DNA of 64,000 bases from Nannocystis bainbridge (GCF_028368995.1 NZ_JAQNDL010000003.1:2528001-2592000); one strand, 5' to 3'; positions 39,666 through 50,151 are shown, counted from the stretch's first letter. The notes: generated by a model not told the origin, from the letters alone. Numbers and translations are program-made.

Positions 39666-41033
39666 TCAGAACACGTGGCCGACGTCGACGTAGAAGCCCT
39701 GCGTCTTGTCGGTCGGCGAGTACGCGCCGTCGAAGCGGACCAGGAACGTCTCGCCCCAGCGCACGCGCAGGCCGCCGCCGGTGCCGAGCTTGAAGGTGCC
39801 GCCGTCGATGCCCTGGCCGCCGAGCTCCGTGCGGCCGAAGTCGGCCCAGATCCGCGCGGCGTCGAGGAACGCCACCGCGCCGACCGTGAAGTGGTTGTTC
39901 TTGATCGTGAACTTCCAGAACATGCTGCGGAGCTCGAGGTTCTGGATCAGCTTGATCTTGCCGGCGTAGCGCTGGCGCGGCACCCCGCGCAGCGACCACC
40001 CGCCGCCCGGGCCGTCGCGGGGCATCAGCGCGCCGAAGCGCGTCAGCTCGTAGAACGGCGCGTCACCGACGATCACGTCGGCGACCCCGCGGATCGCAAA
40101 CGACAGCCACTCGCCGAGGAACGCCTTGTACCACGCGCTGTTGAGGCTGAACGCCGCGTAGCGCAGGTTCTGCTGGACCCCCGGCGAGGCGCGGACCGTC
40201 AGCTCGGTGAAGGTCCCGCGGGTCGGCGTGTACTCGTGGTCGCGGGTGTCGAACAGCGCGCCCGCGCTGAGCACCACGAGCGCGTGCGGATCTGTCCCCT
40301 GGAGCAGGTTGCCGAGCGCCTTGCCGTCGGGCGTGCCCGACGCCTTGAGGGCGATGTCCTGCTCGAGCAGGCTGCCGGCGTACGGCCGCACGATGTTGTA
40401 GGTCGTGTTGAGCCCGACCAGCGCCTCGATGCGGCGCCGCTGCTGCACCGTCGAACGGTCCCACACCTTGATGCGGGCGTTGAAAAGCAGCAGTGGGTAG
40501 ATGTGATCGAAGCGGTGGTAGCGGCGCGCGGCCTGGTAGGCCATCAACTCCTGGTCGGGGTCGATGCCCTCCCACGGCTCGGTCGCCGCCGAGTCGTTGC
40601 CGAACCCGTAATAGCCGGTGTTGGCGAACTTGCGGAAGCCGACGCGCGCGGTGATCCGCAGGCGGTCGCCGGCCAGCCCGGGGAAGTCCATGTTGAGGTA
40701 GTCGTCGTGGAACGGCACCTCGATGCCGCGGCCCGGCGCGCGCTTGGCGTTCGCCGACAGCAGCAATTCGAGGCGCCAGCGGTACGGGCGATAACCCGGC
40801 GAGAAGCGGGCCACGCTGGCGATCAGGCCGAAGCCGAGCCCGAGGTCGCTGTCGTAGCTGAGGGCCGGCAGCGCCCCGATCTCGATGCGCTCCGGCTTCG
40901 GCGGGCCCTTCGGCTTCTTCGGCTGCTTCGGCTTCTTGACCCGATCCTTGGCGGCCGCGGCCACAGGCACAGGCGCAGCGATCGCGCAGACCACCAATGC
41001 CGCCAGCAGCGCGGGCAGCCGGCGCCGGCACAA
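39666..41033 (-). CDS. Omp85/BamA-TamA family outer-membrane beta-barrel (start uncertain)
   Basis: SYDSDLGLG; DTRD; SLRG..RY; ELR; G.GLR; C-terminal Phe (GHVF). Confidence 0.8.
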   Translation of the reverse strand: MCRRRLPALLAALVVCAIAAPVPVAAAAKDRVKKPKQPKKPKGPPKPERIEIGALPALSYDSDLGLGFGLIASVARFSPGYRPYRWRLELLLSANAKRAPGRGIEVPFHDDYLNMDFPGLAGDRLRITARVGFRKFANTGYYGFGNDSAATEPWEGIDPDQELMAYQAARRYHRFDHIYPLLLFNARIKVWDRSTVQQRRRIEALVGLNTTYNIVRPYAGSLLEQDIALKASGTPDGKALGNLLQGTDPHALVVLSAGALFDTRDHEYTPTRGTFTELTVRASPGVQQNLRYAAFSLNSAWYKAFLGEWLSFAIRGVADVIVGDAPFYELTRFGALMPRDGPGGGWSLRGVPRQRYAGKIKLIQNLELRSMFWKFTIKNNHFTVGAVAFLDAARIWADFGRTELGGQGIDGGTFKLGTGGGLRVRWGETFLVRFDGAYSPTDKTQGFYVDVGHVF

Positions 41034-41090
41034 TGCATATATGTCCCCAAAGACAGGTGACGCCCGGGCTCGCTGTGGTAAGGTCGCCGC

Positions 41091-42416
41091 GTGTCGAGCT
41101 CGCCCTTGAAGCGCCCCCTGCTCCTGGCCTACGCCGCGGGCTCGATCGGCTCGGGCCTGTTCAGCACCGTGCCCGGCCTGCTGCTGCTGTTCTACTTGAC
41201 CGACACGCTCGGCGTGGCCGCGAGCCTCGCGGGCCTGGCGATCCTGATCCCGCGGATCTGGGACATCGTCACCGATCCGCTGGTCGGCGCCTGGTCCGAC
41301 CGCACGCGCTCGCGCTGGGGCCGGCGACGGCCGTTCTTGCTGGCCGGCGCGCTGCTGCTGCCGCCCGGCTTCATCGCCCTGTTCTCGGCCCCGGTCGGCG
41401 ATCCGTCGCTCAGCTTCGCGTGGGTGCTGGTCGCCTTCGTGTGGGCCACCGGCGCCTTCACCCTGTTTCAGATCCCCTACGCCTCGATGCCGGCCGAGAT
41501 GACGGCCGATTACCACGAACGCACGCGGGTCGTCGCCCATCGCATGGCCTTCCTGCCGATCGGCATCCTCGCCGGCGGCGCGCTGGCGCCGATGCTGATC
41601 AAGGCCAGCGGCGGCGGCCCGGCGGGTTATCGGGTCATGGCCGTCACCCTGGCGATCATCGCCGCGGTCGCCATGTCGGTCGCGTTCTTCGGCACCCGCA
41701 GCGCCCCGCAGCTGCCGGCGCCGAGCGAGTCGGCCGGGCTGCGCGAGCAGATCCGCGTGGCCCTGTCGCATCGGCCGTACCGCCGCCTGCTGCTCGGCTT
41801 CGCCGTGCAGAACATCGGCATCGGCGCCGTCCTGGCCGCGGTGCCCTACTACTGCCACTACACCCTGCGCGGCGGCGAAGCGGCGGTGACCGTCCTGTTC
41901 GTGTCGCTGGTCGGGCCGGCGATCGTCGCCATGCCGCTGTGGATGGCGGTGTCGCGGCGGTTCGGCAAGCGCGTCGGCTACATCCTCGCGACCGTGCTGT
42001 TCGCCGGGTGCGCGCTCAGCCTGCTCAGCGCCGCGCCGGGTCGGCTGGCCTTGGTGGCCGCGCAGGTCGGCGTTCTCGGGGTCGGCTTCGCCGGCCTGCA
42101 GGTGTTCCCGTTCGCCATGCTGCCCGACCTCGTCGACGACGACGCGGCCGTGACCAATCAGCGCCGCGAGGGCATCTTCACCGGGCTGTGGTTCGTCGGC
42201 GAGAAGGGCGGCCTGACCCTCGGGGCATGGCTCGTGAGCCAGGTGCTCGCCACGACCGGGTTCGTCGAGCGGCGCGCCGGCGAGCTCGTGACCCAGCCCG
42301 AAGCGGCGCTCGTCGGCGTGCTCGTGGCCACCGCGGTGGTCCCGGCCGCGTGCGCGCTCCTCAGTCTCCCCTTGCTGTTTCACCACGTCGAATCTGCCAG
42401 GAACCGAGCGACCTGA
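41091..42416 (+). CDS. MFS transporter, GPH/MelB (MFS_2) family
   Basis: WDIVTDPLVG..SDRTRSRWGRRRPF; PYASM; ERT; RREG. Confidence 0.9.
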   Translation: MSSSPLKRPLLLAYAAGSIGSGLFSTVPGLLLLFYLTDTLGVAASLAGLAILIPRIWDIVTDPLVGAWSDRTRSRWGRRRPFLLAGALLLPPGFIALFSAPVGDPSLSFAWVLVAFVWATGAFTLFQIPYASMPAEMTADYHERTRVVAHRMAFLPIGILAGGALAPMLIKASGGGPAGYRVMAVTLAIIAAVAMSVAFFGTRSAPQLPAPSESAGLREQIRVALSHRPYRRLLLGFAVQNIGIGAVLAAVPYYCHYTLRGGEAAVTVLFVSLVGPAIVAMPLWMAVSRRFGKRVGYILATVLFAGCALSLLSAAPGRLALVAAQVGVLGVGFAGLQVFPFAMLPDLVDDDAAVTNQRREGIFTGLWFVGEKGGLTLGAWLVSQVLATTGFVERRAGELVTQPEAALVGVLVATAVVPAACALLSLPLLFHHVESARNRAT

Positions 42417-42418
42417 CC

Positions 42419-43867
42419 ATGAAGCTGCCCGAGACCGGATGGACCCGCGACCAGATCTTCACCGCCCTCGCCGAATTGCGTGCGGGTGATTTGCCCACTG
42501 AAGGCGGTGCCGCCTTCGCTTACGTCTACGACTCGGGCGAGCGCGCCGCGAGCGAGCTGGCGGCCGAGGCGTTCCGCCTGTTCCTCGGCAGCAACGGCCT
42601 CGACCCGACGGCCTTCCCCAGCCTGCTGCGGCTCGAGAACGAGGTCGTCGGCTTCGCCGCGGCGCACCTCGGCGGCGGGCTCGAGGCGGCCGGCTCGTTC
42701 ACCAGCGGCGGCACCGAGAGCCTGATGCTGGCGGTCAAGACCGCGCGCGAGTGGGCCCGCGAGCATCGGCCCCACATCACCGCGCCAGAGATGATCGTGC
42801 CGGCGACCGCTCACGCGGCGCTGCACAAGGCGGCCCATTATCTCGGCGTCACGCTGGTGCCGACGGCGATCGACCCGATCAGCTTCCGCGCCGACGTGGC
42901 CGCGATCGCGGCCGCCATCACCCCCAACACGATCCTCCTCACCGCCTCGGCCTCGAGCTACGCCCACGGCGTGGTCGACCCGATCGCCGAGATCGGCCAG
43001 CTCGCGCTGCGGCACGAGCTGCTGTTCCACGTCGACGGCTGCATCGGCGGGTTCTTGCTGCCGTACTTCCGCCGCCTCGGCGCCCAGGTGCCGGCGTTCG
43101 ACCTGTCGGTCCCCGGCGTCACCTCGGTGTCGATGGACTTCCACAAGTACGCCTACGCGCCCAAGGGCGCGTCGGTGATCGTCTACCGCGACAAGGCGCT
43201 GCGCCGGCACCAGATGTACGCGTGCGCCGGCTGGACCGGCTACACCGTCATCAACCCGACGGTCCAGAGCACCAAGTCGGGCGGGCCGCTGGCGGCCGCG
43301 TGGGCCCTGCTGCGCGCCATCGGCGATCAGGGCTACCTCGACCTGGCCCAAAGGACACTCGATGCGACGCGCGCGATCATCGGCGGCCTGCGCGAGATCG
43401 AGGGCCTGCGCGTGCTCGGCGAGCCGGAGATGAGCCTGGTCGCCTTCACCGGCGCGAGCCCCGAGTTCCCGCTGTTCGCCCTCGCCGACGCGATGAAGCT
43501 GCGCGGCTGGCTGGTCCAGCCGCAGTTCTCCGGCTTCGGCTCGCCGGCCAACCTGCACCTCACGATCAGCGCCGCTCACCTCGCGGTCAAGGACCGCTTC
43601 CTCGCCGACCTCCGCGCCGCCGTCGCCGAGGTCCAGACGAGCCCGCCCGACCCGGGCATGGCGCTCCTGCTGCAGGCCGCCGCCGCGCTGGACTTTTCGA
43701 ACATGTCCGAAGAGACATTCATGCAGGCGCTCGCGCTCGCCGGGGTCCAGGGCGGCCGCCTGCCCGACAAGATGGCGGCCATCAACGGCCTGCTCGACGC
43801 CCTGCCCGCGCCGGCCCGCGAGGCGGCGATCGTCGCGTTCGTCAACGACCTCTACACGCATGCCTAG
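42419..43867 (+). CDS. Sphingosine-1-phosphate lyase-like PLP enzyme
   Basis: TSGGTES; TAHAA; YAHGVVDPI; HVDGCIGGF; DFHKYAYAPKGAS. Confidence 0.82.
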   Translation: MKLPETGWTRDQIFTALAELRAGDLPTEGGAAFAYVYDSGERAASELAAEAFRLFLGSNGLDPTAFPSLLRLENEVVGFAAAHLGGGLEAAGSFTSGGTESLMLAVKTAREWAREHRPHITAPEMIVPATAHAALHKAAHYLGVTLVPTAIDPISFRADVAAIAAAITPNTILLTASASSYAHGVVDPIAEIGQLALRHELLFHVDGCIGGFLLPYFRRLGAQVPAFDLSVPGVTSVSMDFHKYAYAPKGASVIVYRDKALRRHQMYACAGWTGYTVINPTVQSTKSGGPLAAAWALLRAIGDQGYLDLAQRTLDATRAIIGGLREIEGLRVLGEPEMSLVAFTGASPEFPLFALADAMKLRGWLVQPQFSGFGSPANLHLTISAAHLAVKDRFLADLRAAVAEVQTSPPDPGMALLLQAAAALDFSNMSEETFMQALALAGVQGGRLPDKMAAINGLLDALPAPAREAAIVAFVNDLYTHA

Positions 43868-44979
43868 GTCGCGCCGGCGCCGGCAGCGGCGCTGGCCTCG
43901 GCCGGATCGAAGTAGATGCCCCGCAGCCAGCGCGGGCCGGTGAAGCCGGTCCGCGCGTGCAGCGTGCGGTGGTTGTCGTAGACCAGCCAGTCGCCCGGCT
44001 GCAGCCCGACCAGCACGTGGTGCTGCGGGTCGCGGACCAGGCGGATGAAGCGGTCGTGCGCGCGGTAGAACTCGCCCATCTGCGAGAACGGCAGGCGGTG
44101 CGGCGCGAGCGTGAAGTAGGAGCAGCGGACCAGAAAATCACGGTCGCCGCGGCGAGCGACGATCGGCGACTCGACCACGCGGGCGAAGTTCTGCTGCTTG
44201 CGATCGAAGCGGACCGGCACGGTCGCCAGCAATTCGGCCGCGCGCGCGTCGTGGGCCTCGAGGTGGCGGAACGCCGCGCGCGCGTCGGCCAGCAGGTTGT
44301 CGCCGCCCTGGTCGGCCGCGCGGATGCACTGCAGCACCTGATAGCGCGGCGGACGCTCGAGGAACGGCTGGTCGGTGTGGAGGTGGATCGGCGCGTCGGT
44401 GTAGCCGAGCTGGTCGGTGTTCTGGTTGGTGGTGTTGTCGGTGCGCAGGTCCTCGATGCGCCCGAAGTGGGTCGCCACCGCGCGCAGGCCCGCGGCCTCG
44501 AAGGCGGTCACGATCGCCTCGGTCTGCGCCTCGGGCGGCGTGCTGTCCGAAGGGTCATGTCGCACGACCGCGGCTCCGCGCTCGCGCACCCGGGCCAGCG
44601 CCGCGGCGATCTGGCGCCCGAGGGCGACGTCGGCGGCGGACACCTCGAGCGCCGCGAGGTCGGCGGACGGCGCCGGCACGTCGACGCGGCCGCGCGCGTA
44701 GGCGTGGGTGTCGAGCCAGGTCAGCGGGTACAGGCTCTCGTGGCCGTCGGGCTCCCACACCACGAACAGCGCGTCGCCGGCCAGCGAGGCCACCCGCGGG
44801 CGCACGTCGTCGGCCAGCTCCGACGAGCAGCGCGTGCGCTCGCGCGTGAGCGGGTGCCGCTCGCGGTCGCAGTTGTGGCGCAACCATCGGTAGTGAAAGT
44901 CCGCCGTGTGCCCGTCGCCCAGCGGCACGCGCAACCAGTCGCCGTGGAGCTCGACCGCGTCCCGGGGTGCATCTTTCAT
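43864..44979 (-). CDS. TauD/TfdA dioxygenase, gamma-butyrobetaine/trimethyllysine hydroxylase-like
   Basis: WLRHNC N-terminal domain; HTD; DNHRTLHAR; RWLRG. Confidence 0.85.
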   Translation of the reverse strand: MKDAPRDAVELHGDWLRVPLGDGHTADFHYRWLRHNCDRERHPLTRERTRCSSELADDVRPRVASLAGDALFVVWEPDGHESLYPLTWLDTHAYARGRVDVPAPSADLAALEVSAADVALGRQIAAALARVRERGAAVVRHDPSDSTPPEAQTEAIVTAFEAAGLRAVATHFGRIEDLRTDNTTNQNTDQLGYTDAPIHLHTDQPFLERPPRYQVLQCIRAADQGGDNLLADARAAFRHLEAHDARAAELLATVPVRFDRKQQNFARVVESPIVARRGDRDFLVRCSYFTLAPHRLPFSQMGEFYRAHDRFIRLVRDPQHHVLVGLQPGDWLVYDNHRTLHARTGFTGPRWLRGIYFDPAEASAAAGAGAT

Positions 44980-45035
44980 GCTGAAGTGAGTTTCAGCAAA
45001 ATGGAGAAGGCCGTCAAGGGCCGAATTCGCGGCCC

Positions 45036-46238
45036 TCAGCCCCAGGGCGGCGCGACCGGCAGGGTGGCACGGCGGACCAGCGACGGCGCCCCGGTCTCGC
45101 GGTCGCGGCGGATCATGTACACCCCGCGGTCGCTGCCGAGTCGGGCGTGTCTCGGCTCGTCGCACGCGTCGAGCTCGATCGTCCTCGGCTCGCCCGGCCC
45201 GCCGAAGCCCCACGTGCGCGACTGGATGCAGCCCACCGCCTGGTCCTGGGGGGTGCACACCGACCATGAGCCGATCGGGTTGCCGTTCGGCGCCGCGTCG
45301 ACGACCCCCGTCGCCGGCCCGAAGTGATTCCCCGGCAAGCCCCTGGCGACGACCCCTTTCACGCTCTCGCCGGTCGCCAGCTCGCAGCTGCCCATGATCG
45401 CCTCCTCGCCGTCGAAATGCTCCGAGCCGTCGAACAGCACGCGCGTCTCGGTCGTGGCGAGGCGCCCGCCGCCACACGCTGTCTCGACCCGGTTCGCCCC
45501 GTCCGGATCGACGAGGGTGACGAGCGGCCCGCCGAGCGCCAGCCGATCGCCCACGGCGTCGATGAGGTGCACGAACAGCGGCCCCTCGAAGTTCGCCAGC
45601 AGCTCCCCGGTCCACGACAGCGTGGTCACCCTCTCGTAGTCCGCGAAGCTCACCCCCACCGACGTGATCGCCATGTCCCGCGACGCGTCCGCCTTCGCCA
45701 CCAGCAGCGGCTCCCCGATCGGCCCGTCGATGCCCGCCCGCACCAGCATCAGCGTCCCGCCCGGCAGCCCGCCGAGCACGCCGACCTCGTCGTGCGCCCG
45801 GTTGACGTGAAACGCGACCACCCACGCGTCCGCCAGCGCCGTGAAGTCGACCTTCGTCACCTGCCCCGACGGCTCGACGCGCTGCACCACGACCCCACCC
45901 GCCTCCGACTCGCCGACCACCCACGCGCGCTGCGAGTGCGCCAGGTCGAAGCCCAGCACGTCTTCCATCGGCGTCAGCGGGGCGCTCCACGCCAGCGGCG
46001 GCTCGACCGGCGAGGTGCACGCGGCGGTGCACGCGTCGCACTCGTCCTCGCCGTCGTCGCACGCCTCGCCCGGATCGACGACCCCGTCGCCGCAGCGGCC
46101 CGTCGGCACGTCGAGCCCACCGCTGCTCGTGCCGCCGGCGTCGCTGCTCGTGGCGCGCGTACTGGCGCCCGCAGTGTCGTTTTGCGGCTCGGGGCCGCAC
46201 GCACAGATGATCGCCATCACCCACCACGGACCGCGCAT
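45036..46238 (-). CDS. Lipoprotein with one Myxococcus Cys-rich repeat
   Basis: ICAC lipobox; CGDGVVDPGEACDDG. Confidence 0.7.
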   Translation of the reverse strand: MRGPWWVMAIICACGPEPQNDTAGASTRATSSDAGGTSSGGLDVPTGRCGDGVVDPGEACDDGEDECDACTAACTSPVEPPLAWSAPLTPMEDVLGFDLAHSQRAWVVGESEAGGVVVQRVEPSGQVTKVDFTALADAWVVAFHVNRAHDEVGVLGGLPGGTLMLVRAGIDGPIGEPLLVAKADASRDMAITSVGVSFADYERVTTLSWTGELLANFEGPLFVHLIDAVGDRLALGGPLVTLVDPDGANRVETACGGGRLATTETRVLFDGSEHFDGEEAIMGSCELATGESVKGVVARGLPGNHFGPATGVVDAAPNGNPIGSWSVCTPQDQAVGCIQSRTWGFGGPGEPRTIELDACDEPRHARLGSDRGVYMIRRDRETGAPSLVRRATLPVAPPWG

Positions 46239-46354
46239 CGGAGCAGCGTATCACCCTCACGCGGGCGTGCGCCACGACCTCGGGCCTGCTTCCAGCGAGC
46301 CGGCCCGATCGCCCCGACCCGATCGCCGGCCGCCCAGCCGCGTGAGGCTCGCCG

Positions 46355-46684
46355 TCAATCGTCGTGCTCGTCCTCGACGTGGACGATCGCCCCGGTCTCG
46401 CCGTCGACCTCCACCTCCTTGCGCGGCTGGCTGCGATCGTCCGGCTGGATCTCGATGCTGTAGATCCACCGCCCGCGCTCGCGCTCGAGCTCCGCGTCGA
46501 TCACCGTCCCGGGCACCCGCTTCAGCGCCGTCGCCTGCGCCGCCTCGAGGCTGATCTTCGGCGTCGTCGCCTCGCGCGGCGCCGTCGCGGCGGGCGCCGT
46601 CGAGGCAGTCGGAGTGGCGGAGGTCGCCGCGTGCGAGCAGGCCGGCGCGAGCGACAGGAGGAGGGACATCAGCAGGAAGTGCAT
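46355..46684 (-). CDS. PepSY domain lipoprotein
   Basis: ISLEAA...VPG.VIDAELE...EVEVDGETGAIV. Confidence 0.85.
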   Translation of the reverse strand: MHFLLMSLLLSLAPACSHAATSATPTASTAPAATAPREATTPKISLEAAQATALKRVPGTVIDAELERERGRWIYSIEIQPDDRSQPRKEVEVDGETGAIVHVEDEHDD

Positions 46685-46792
46685 GCTCGCAGCATGCCGT
46701 CCGTGGCCGCCCACGGCCCGTTAAGCCCTCGTGAAGCCGCGGCGTCGGCCTCGCGCTTGACCGCCATCGTTTCGCCCGCGAAAGTTTGACGC

Positions 46793-48247
46793 GTGGACCT
46801 CGACGCCCTCGTGCGACCGATCCTCGACCTCCTGCGGCGGGCCGACGCGCGCGACCCGAGGATCTCCGACCTCGCCGGCCCCGACGCTCACGCCGACGCC
46901 TTCGCCGCGCTCGGCGTGCCCCTGTCTCTCGGGCCAGGTGAACCGCCCGTCGATCCCGCTGCCCTCGCGCGGACGATCGAGGCCATCATCGCCCGCTCGG
47001 TGCGGACCCTGCACCCGCGGTTCTTCAACCAGAACTTCGCTGGCGCCGACCCGATCGCCGTCGTCGGTGATTTCCTCGGCGCCGCCCTCAACACCACCAT
47101 GGCCACCTACGAGGCCGCCCCGGTGTTCACCTTGATGGAGCGACAGGTCCTCGCCCGCCTCGCCGCGCTCGCCGGCTGGAGCGCGCACGAGGGCCTGTTC
47201 GTCCCCGGCGGCTCCTACTCCAACCTCTACGCCTTGCAGCTCGCGCGCCTGCGGGTCGACCCCGACGCTCGCGAGCGCGGCCACGACGGCGCCGCGCGGG
47301 TCGCCTTCACCTCGGCGCACGGGCACTACTCCCTCGAAAAATCCGTCGTGCTGCTCGGCCTCGGCCGGCGCGCCTTGATCAAAGTCGCCTGCGACGAGCG
47401 CGGCCGCATGCGCCCTGACGCCCTCGCCGCGGCGATCGACGACGCCCTCGCGCGCGGGCAGCGGCCGTTCTTCGTCAACGCCACCGCCGGCACCACCGTG
47501 CTCGGCGGCTTCGACCCGTTGCCCGCGCTGGCCGACCTCGCCGAGCGCCACGGCTTGTGGCTGCACGTCGACGGCAGCTTCGGCGCCTCGGCCCTGTTCT
47601 CCCCCGCGCAGGCCCACCTCATGGCCGGCGTCGAGCGGGCCGACTCGCTGGCGTGGAACCTCCACAAGATGCTCGGCGCCACCCAGCAGTGCGCCGCCTT
47701 CCTGGTCCGCGGGACAGGTGCCTTGCGGCCCGCCTTCGCCGCCGGCGCCGACTACCTGTTCCAGCCCGACAAGCCGTTCGCCGAGCTCGACAGCGGCGAC
47801 ACCACCTTTCAGTGCGCCCGCCGGGTCGACGCGCTCAAGGCCTGGCTGCTGTGGAAGGCCCGCGGCGAGCCCGGCTTCGCCGCCCGCATCGACCACGCCG
47901 TCGCCCTCGCCGACAGCTGCGCCGCGCGCATCGCCGGCGACCCGCGGTTTCGCCTGGCCGCCCCGCCCTCGTGGGTCAACGTGTGCTTCTGGTGGCTGCC
48001 TCCGGCCCTACGGCCCCTGCCCGCGCGCACCGCCGACGTCGACGCCGTCCTCCATGATCTCGCCCCGCGGATCAAGGCCGCCATGCTGCGCCGCGGCGAG
48101 GCCATGCTCGGCTTCCAGCCGGTCGACGGCGGGCCCAACTGCTTCCGCCTGCTGTTCATCAACCCGGCGACCACGACCGCCGACATCGAAGCGACCCTCG
48201 AGCTGCTCGACGCCTGCGGCCGCGAGGCCTCGGCCGCAGGCGCGTGA
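46793..48247 (+). CDS. Group II PLP decarboxylase, CSAD/GAD-like
   Basis: HPRFFNQ; YEAAPVF; PGGS.SN; TAGTTVLG.FDP; WNLHK; GD..QCARRVD. Confidence 0.85.
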   Translation: MDLDALVRPILDLLRRADARDPRISDLAGPDAHADAFAALGVPLSLGPGEPPVDPAALARTIEAIIARSVRTLHPRFFNQNFAGADPIAVVGDFLGAALNTTMATYEAAPVFTLMERQVLARLAALAGWSAHEGLFVPGGSYSNLYALQLARLRVDPDARERGHDGAARVAFTSAHGHYSLEKSVVLLGLGRRALIKVACDERGRMRPDALAAAIDDALARGQRPFFVNATAGTTVLGGFDPLPALADLAERHGLWLHVDGSFGASALFSPAQAHLMAGVERADSLAWNLHKMLGATQQCAAFLVRGTGALRPAFAAGADYLFQPDKPFAELDSGDTTFQCARRVDALKAWLLWKARGEPGFAARIDHAVALADSCAARIAGDPRFRLAAPPSWVNVCFWWLPPALRPLPARTADVDAVLHDLAPRIKAAMLRRGEAMLGFQPVDGGPNCFRLLFINPATTTADIEATLELLDACGREASAAGA

Positions 48248-48324
48248 CATGTTCGTAGCGCCATGCCCTTCAGGGCATGCCCTTCGCTACATGCTCGAAA
48301 CGACATGCTCCACGAGACATGTCC
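48248..48324. repeat. Tandem 14-bp motif array (six CATG junctions in exact phase)
   Basis: CATG at 48248, 48262, 48276, 48290, 48304, 48318. Confidence 0.8.
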
Positions 48325-48726
48325 GCCCGTCCCCGAAGGACCTCGCAGTCGGCGCCGCGCCCGCGCCGCTCGAGGGCCGCATCGGCGACGCGCCCATGCC
48401 CGGGTTCACTCCTGGGCCAGGGCCCGGCGGCACCTGTCTTCAAGGACAGACGGACCCCGGCCCGCGCTCGTCCGCGCGCGACGTGGCGTGAGCCACGTGC
48501 AGCGGCCCGGCGAACGCGACCCGAACGGTGGTCTCCTCGCGCCGCGGCCCGAACCGCCGCGGGCGCGCGTGTGGCCGCGCGGCGCACAGCATGACGATCG
48601 CGCAAGCCGGCGCACGAGGCCGCGGAGAGCTGATAGAACTGTGTCCGTGTGGACCCGTGGCGCGGCCGCTCCGGGTGTGGCCCAGGAAACAATCTGACGC
48701 TGCGGATCGGCGCTATCGCGACGGAC

Positions 48727-50151
48727 ATGGAAGAACGCCAACACCACGAGCCTTCTCCGCCCCGCGCCCCGCTGTGGGCGCGGTTGTTCGGCCCGGTCGA
48801 CATCGCCTCGCTGGTCTGCTTCCGCGTCGCGTTCGGCGTGCTGATGATGGCCGAGGTGGTCCGCTACATCCCGCGGATCGCCCGCTACTACATCGACCCG
48901 CCGCTGCACTTCTCCTACTACGGCTTCGAGTGGGTCCGGCCGTGGGCGGGCGACGGCATGTACGTGCACTTCGGCGTGCTCGGCCTGGCCGCCCTGTGCA
49001 TCACCATCGGCCTGTGTTACCGGCTCGCCGCCGCGGTGTTCTTCCTCGGCTTCAGCTACATGTTCCTGCTCGAGCAGGCGCGCTACCTGAACCACATCTA
49101 CCTGCTGTGCCTGATCGCCTTCATCATGATCTTCGTGCCGGCGCACCGGGCCTTCTCGGTCGACGCCTGGCTGCGGCCGAAGCTGCGCCGTGACACCGCG
49201 CCGAAGTGGGCGCTGCGGCTCGTGCAGCTGCAGATCGGCATCCCCTACGTCTACGGCGGCCTGGCCAAGCTCAACCCCGACTGGCTGCGCGGCGAGCCGA
49301 TGCGCATGTGGCTGGCCGAGCGCGCCGACCGGCCGATCGTCGGCCCGCTGATGACCCAGGAGTGGGTCGTCTACTTCTTCAGCTACGGCGGCCTGCTGTT
49401 CGACCTCTTCATCGTCCCGGCGATGCTGTGGCGGCGCACCCGGCCGTGGGCGTTCGTCGCGGCGCTCGGCTTCCACTTCATCAACGGCAACATCTTCACC
49501 ATCGGCATCTTCCCGTGGGTGATGGCCGCGGCGACGCTGATGTACTTCCCGCCCGACTGGCCGCGGCGCTTCCGCGACCTCCTCGGCCGCCTGCTGCGCC
49601 TGCCGCCGGCCGCGGCAAAGCCCGCACTGCCGCCCGCGCCGCTGCCGACCCGACTCGGCCGCGGCCAGAAGTGCCTGCTGACGTTCCTCGGCGTCTACAC
49701 CGCCTGGCAGCTGCTGTTCCCGCTGCGGCACTGGCTCTACCCCGGCGACGTCGCCTGGACCGAAGAGGGCCACAAGTTCTCGTGGCGCATGAAGCTGCGC
49801 GACAAGGGCGGCAGCGTCGCCTACCACGCCACCGACCCCACGACCGGCGAGTCGTGGAAGATCGACCTGCGCGGCAAGATCAAGCGGTGGCAACTGTCCG
49901 AGATGACAGGCCGACCCGAGATGATCTTGCAGCTCGCACATTACCTGGGCGAACAGCTGCGCGCCGAGGGCATCCCCGATGTCGAGATCCGTGCTCTCGC
50001 CCCTGTTTCGCTCAACGGTCGCGAACCCGAGTTCCTGATCGACCCGGAAGTCGACCTCATGAAGGTCGAACGAAGCTTGCTTCCGGCAACCTGGATCCGC
50101 CCCGAAGCCCCGCTCGAGCCTGCGGCCGAGGCGCGTCTGTCAGAGATGTAA
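48727..50151 (+). CDS. HTTM domain, vitamin K-dependent gamma-carboxylase-like protein
   Basis: FR..FG; YLNHIYL; SVDA; GLAKLNPDWLRGEP; WTEEGHKFSWRM. Confidence 0.88.
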   Translation: MEERQHHEPSPPRAPLWARLFGPVDIASLVCFRVAFGVLMMAEVVRYIPRIARYYIDPPLHFSYYGFEWVRPWAGDGMYVHFGVLGLAALCITIGLCYRLAAAVFFLGFSYMFLLEQARYLNHIYLLCLIAFIMIFVPAHRAFSVDAWLRPKLRRDTAPKWALRLVQLQIGIPYVYGGLAKLNPDWLRGEPMRMWLAERADRPIVGPLMTQEWVVYFFSYGGLLFDLFIVPAMLWRRTRPWAFVAALGFHFINGNIFTIGIFPWVMAAATLMYFPPDWPRRFRDLLGRLLRLPPAAAKPALPPAPLPTRLGRGQKCLLTFLGVYTAWQLLFPLRHWLYPGDVAWTEEGHKFSWRMKLRDKGGSVAYHATDPTTGESWKIDLRGKIKRWQLSEMTGRPEMILQLAHYLGEQLRAEGIPDVEIRALAPVSLNGREPEFLIDPEVDLMKVERSLLPATWIRPEAPLEPAAEARLSEM

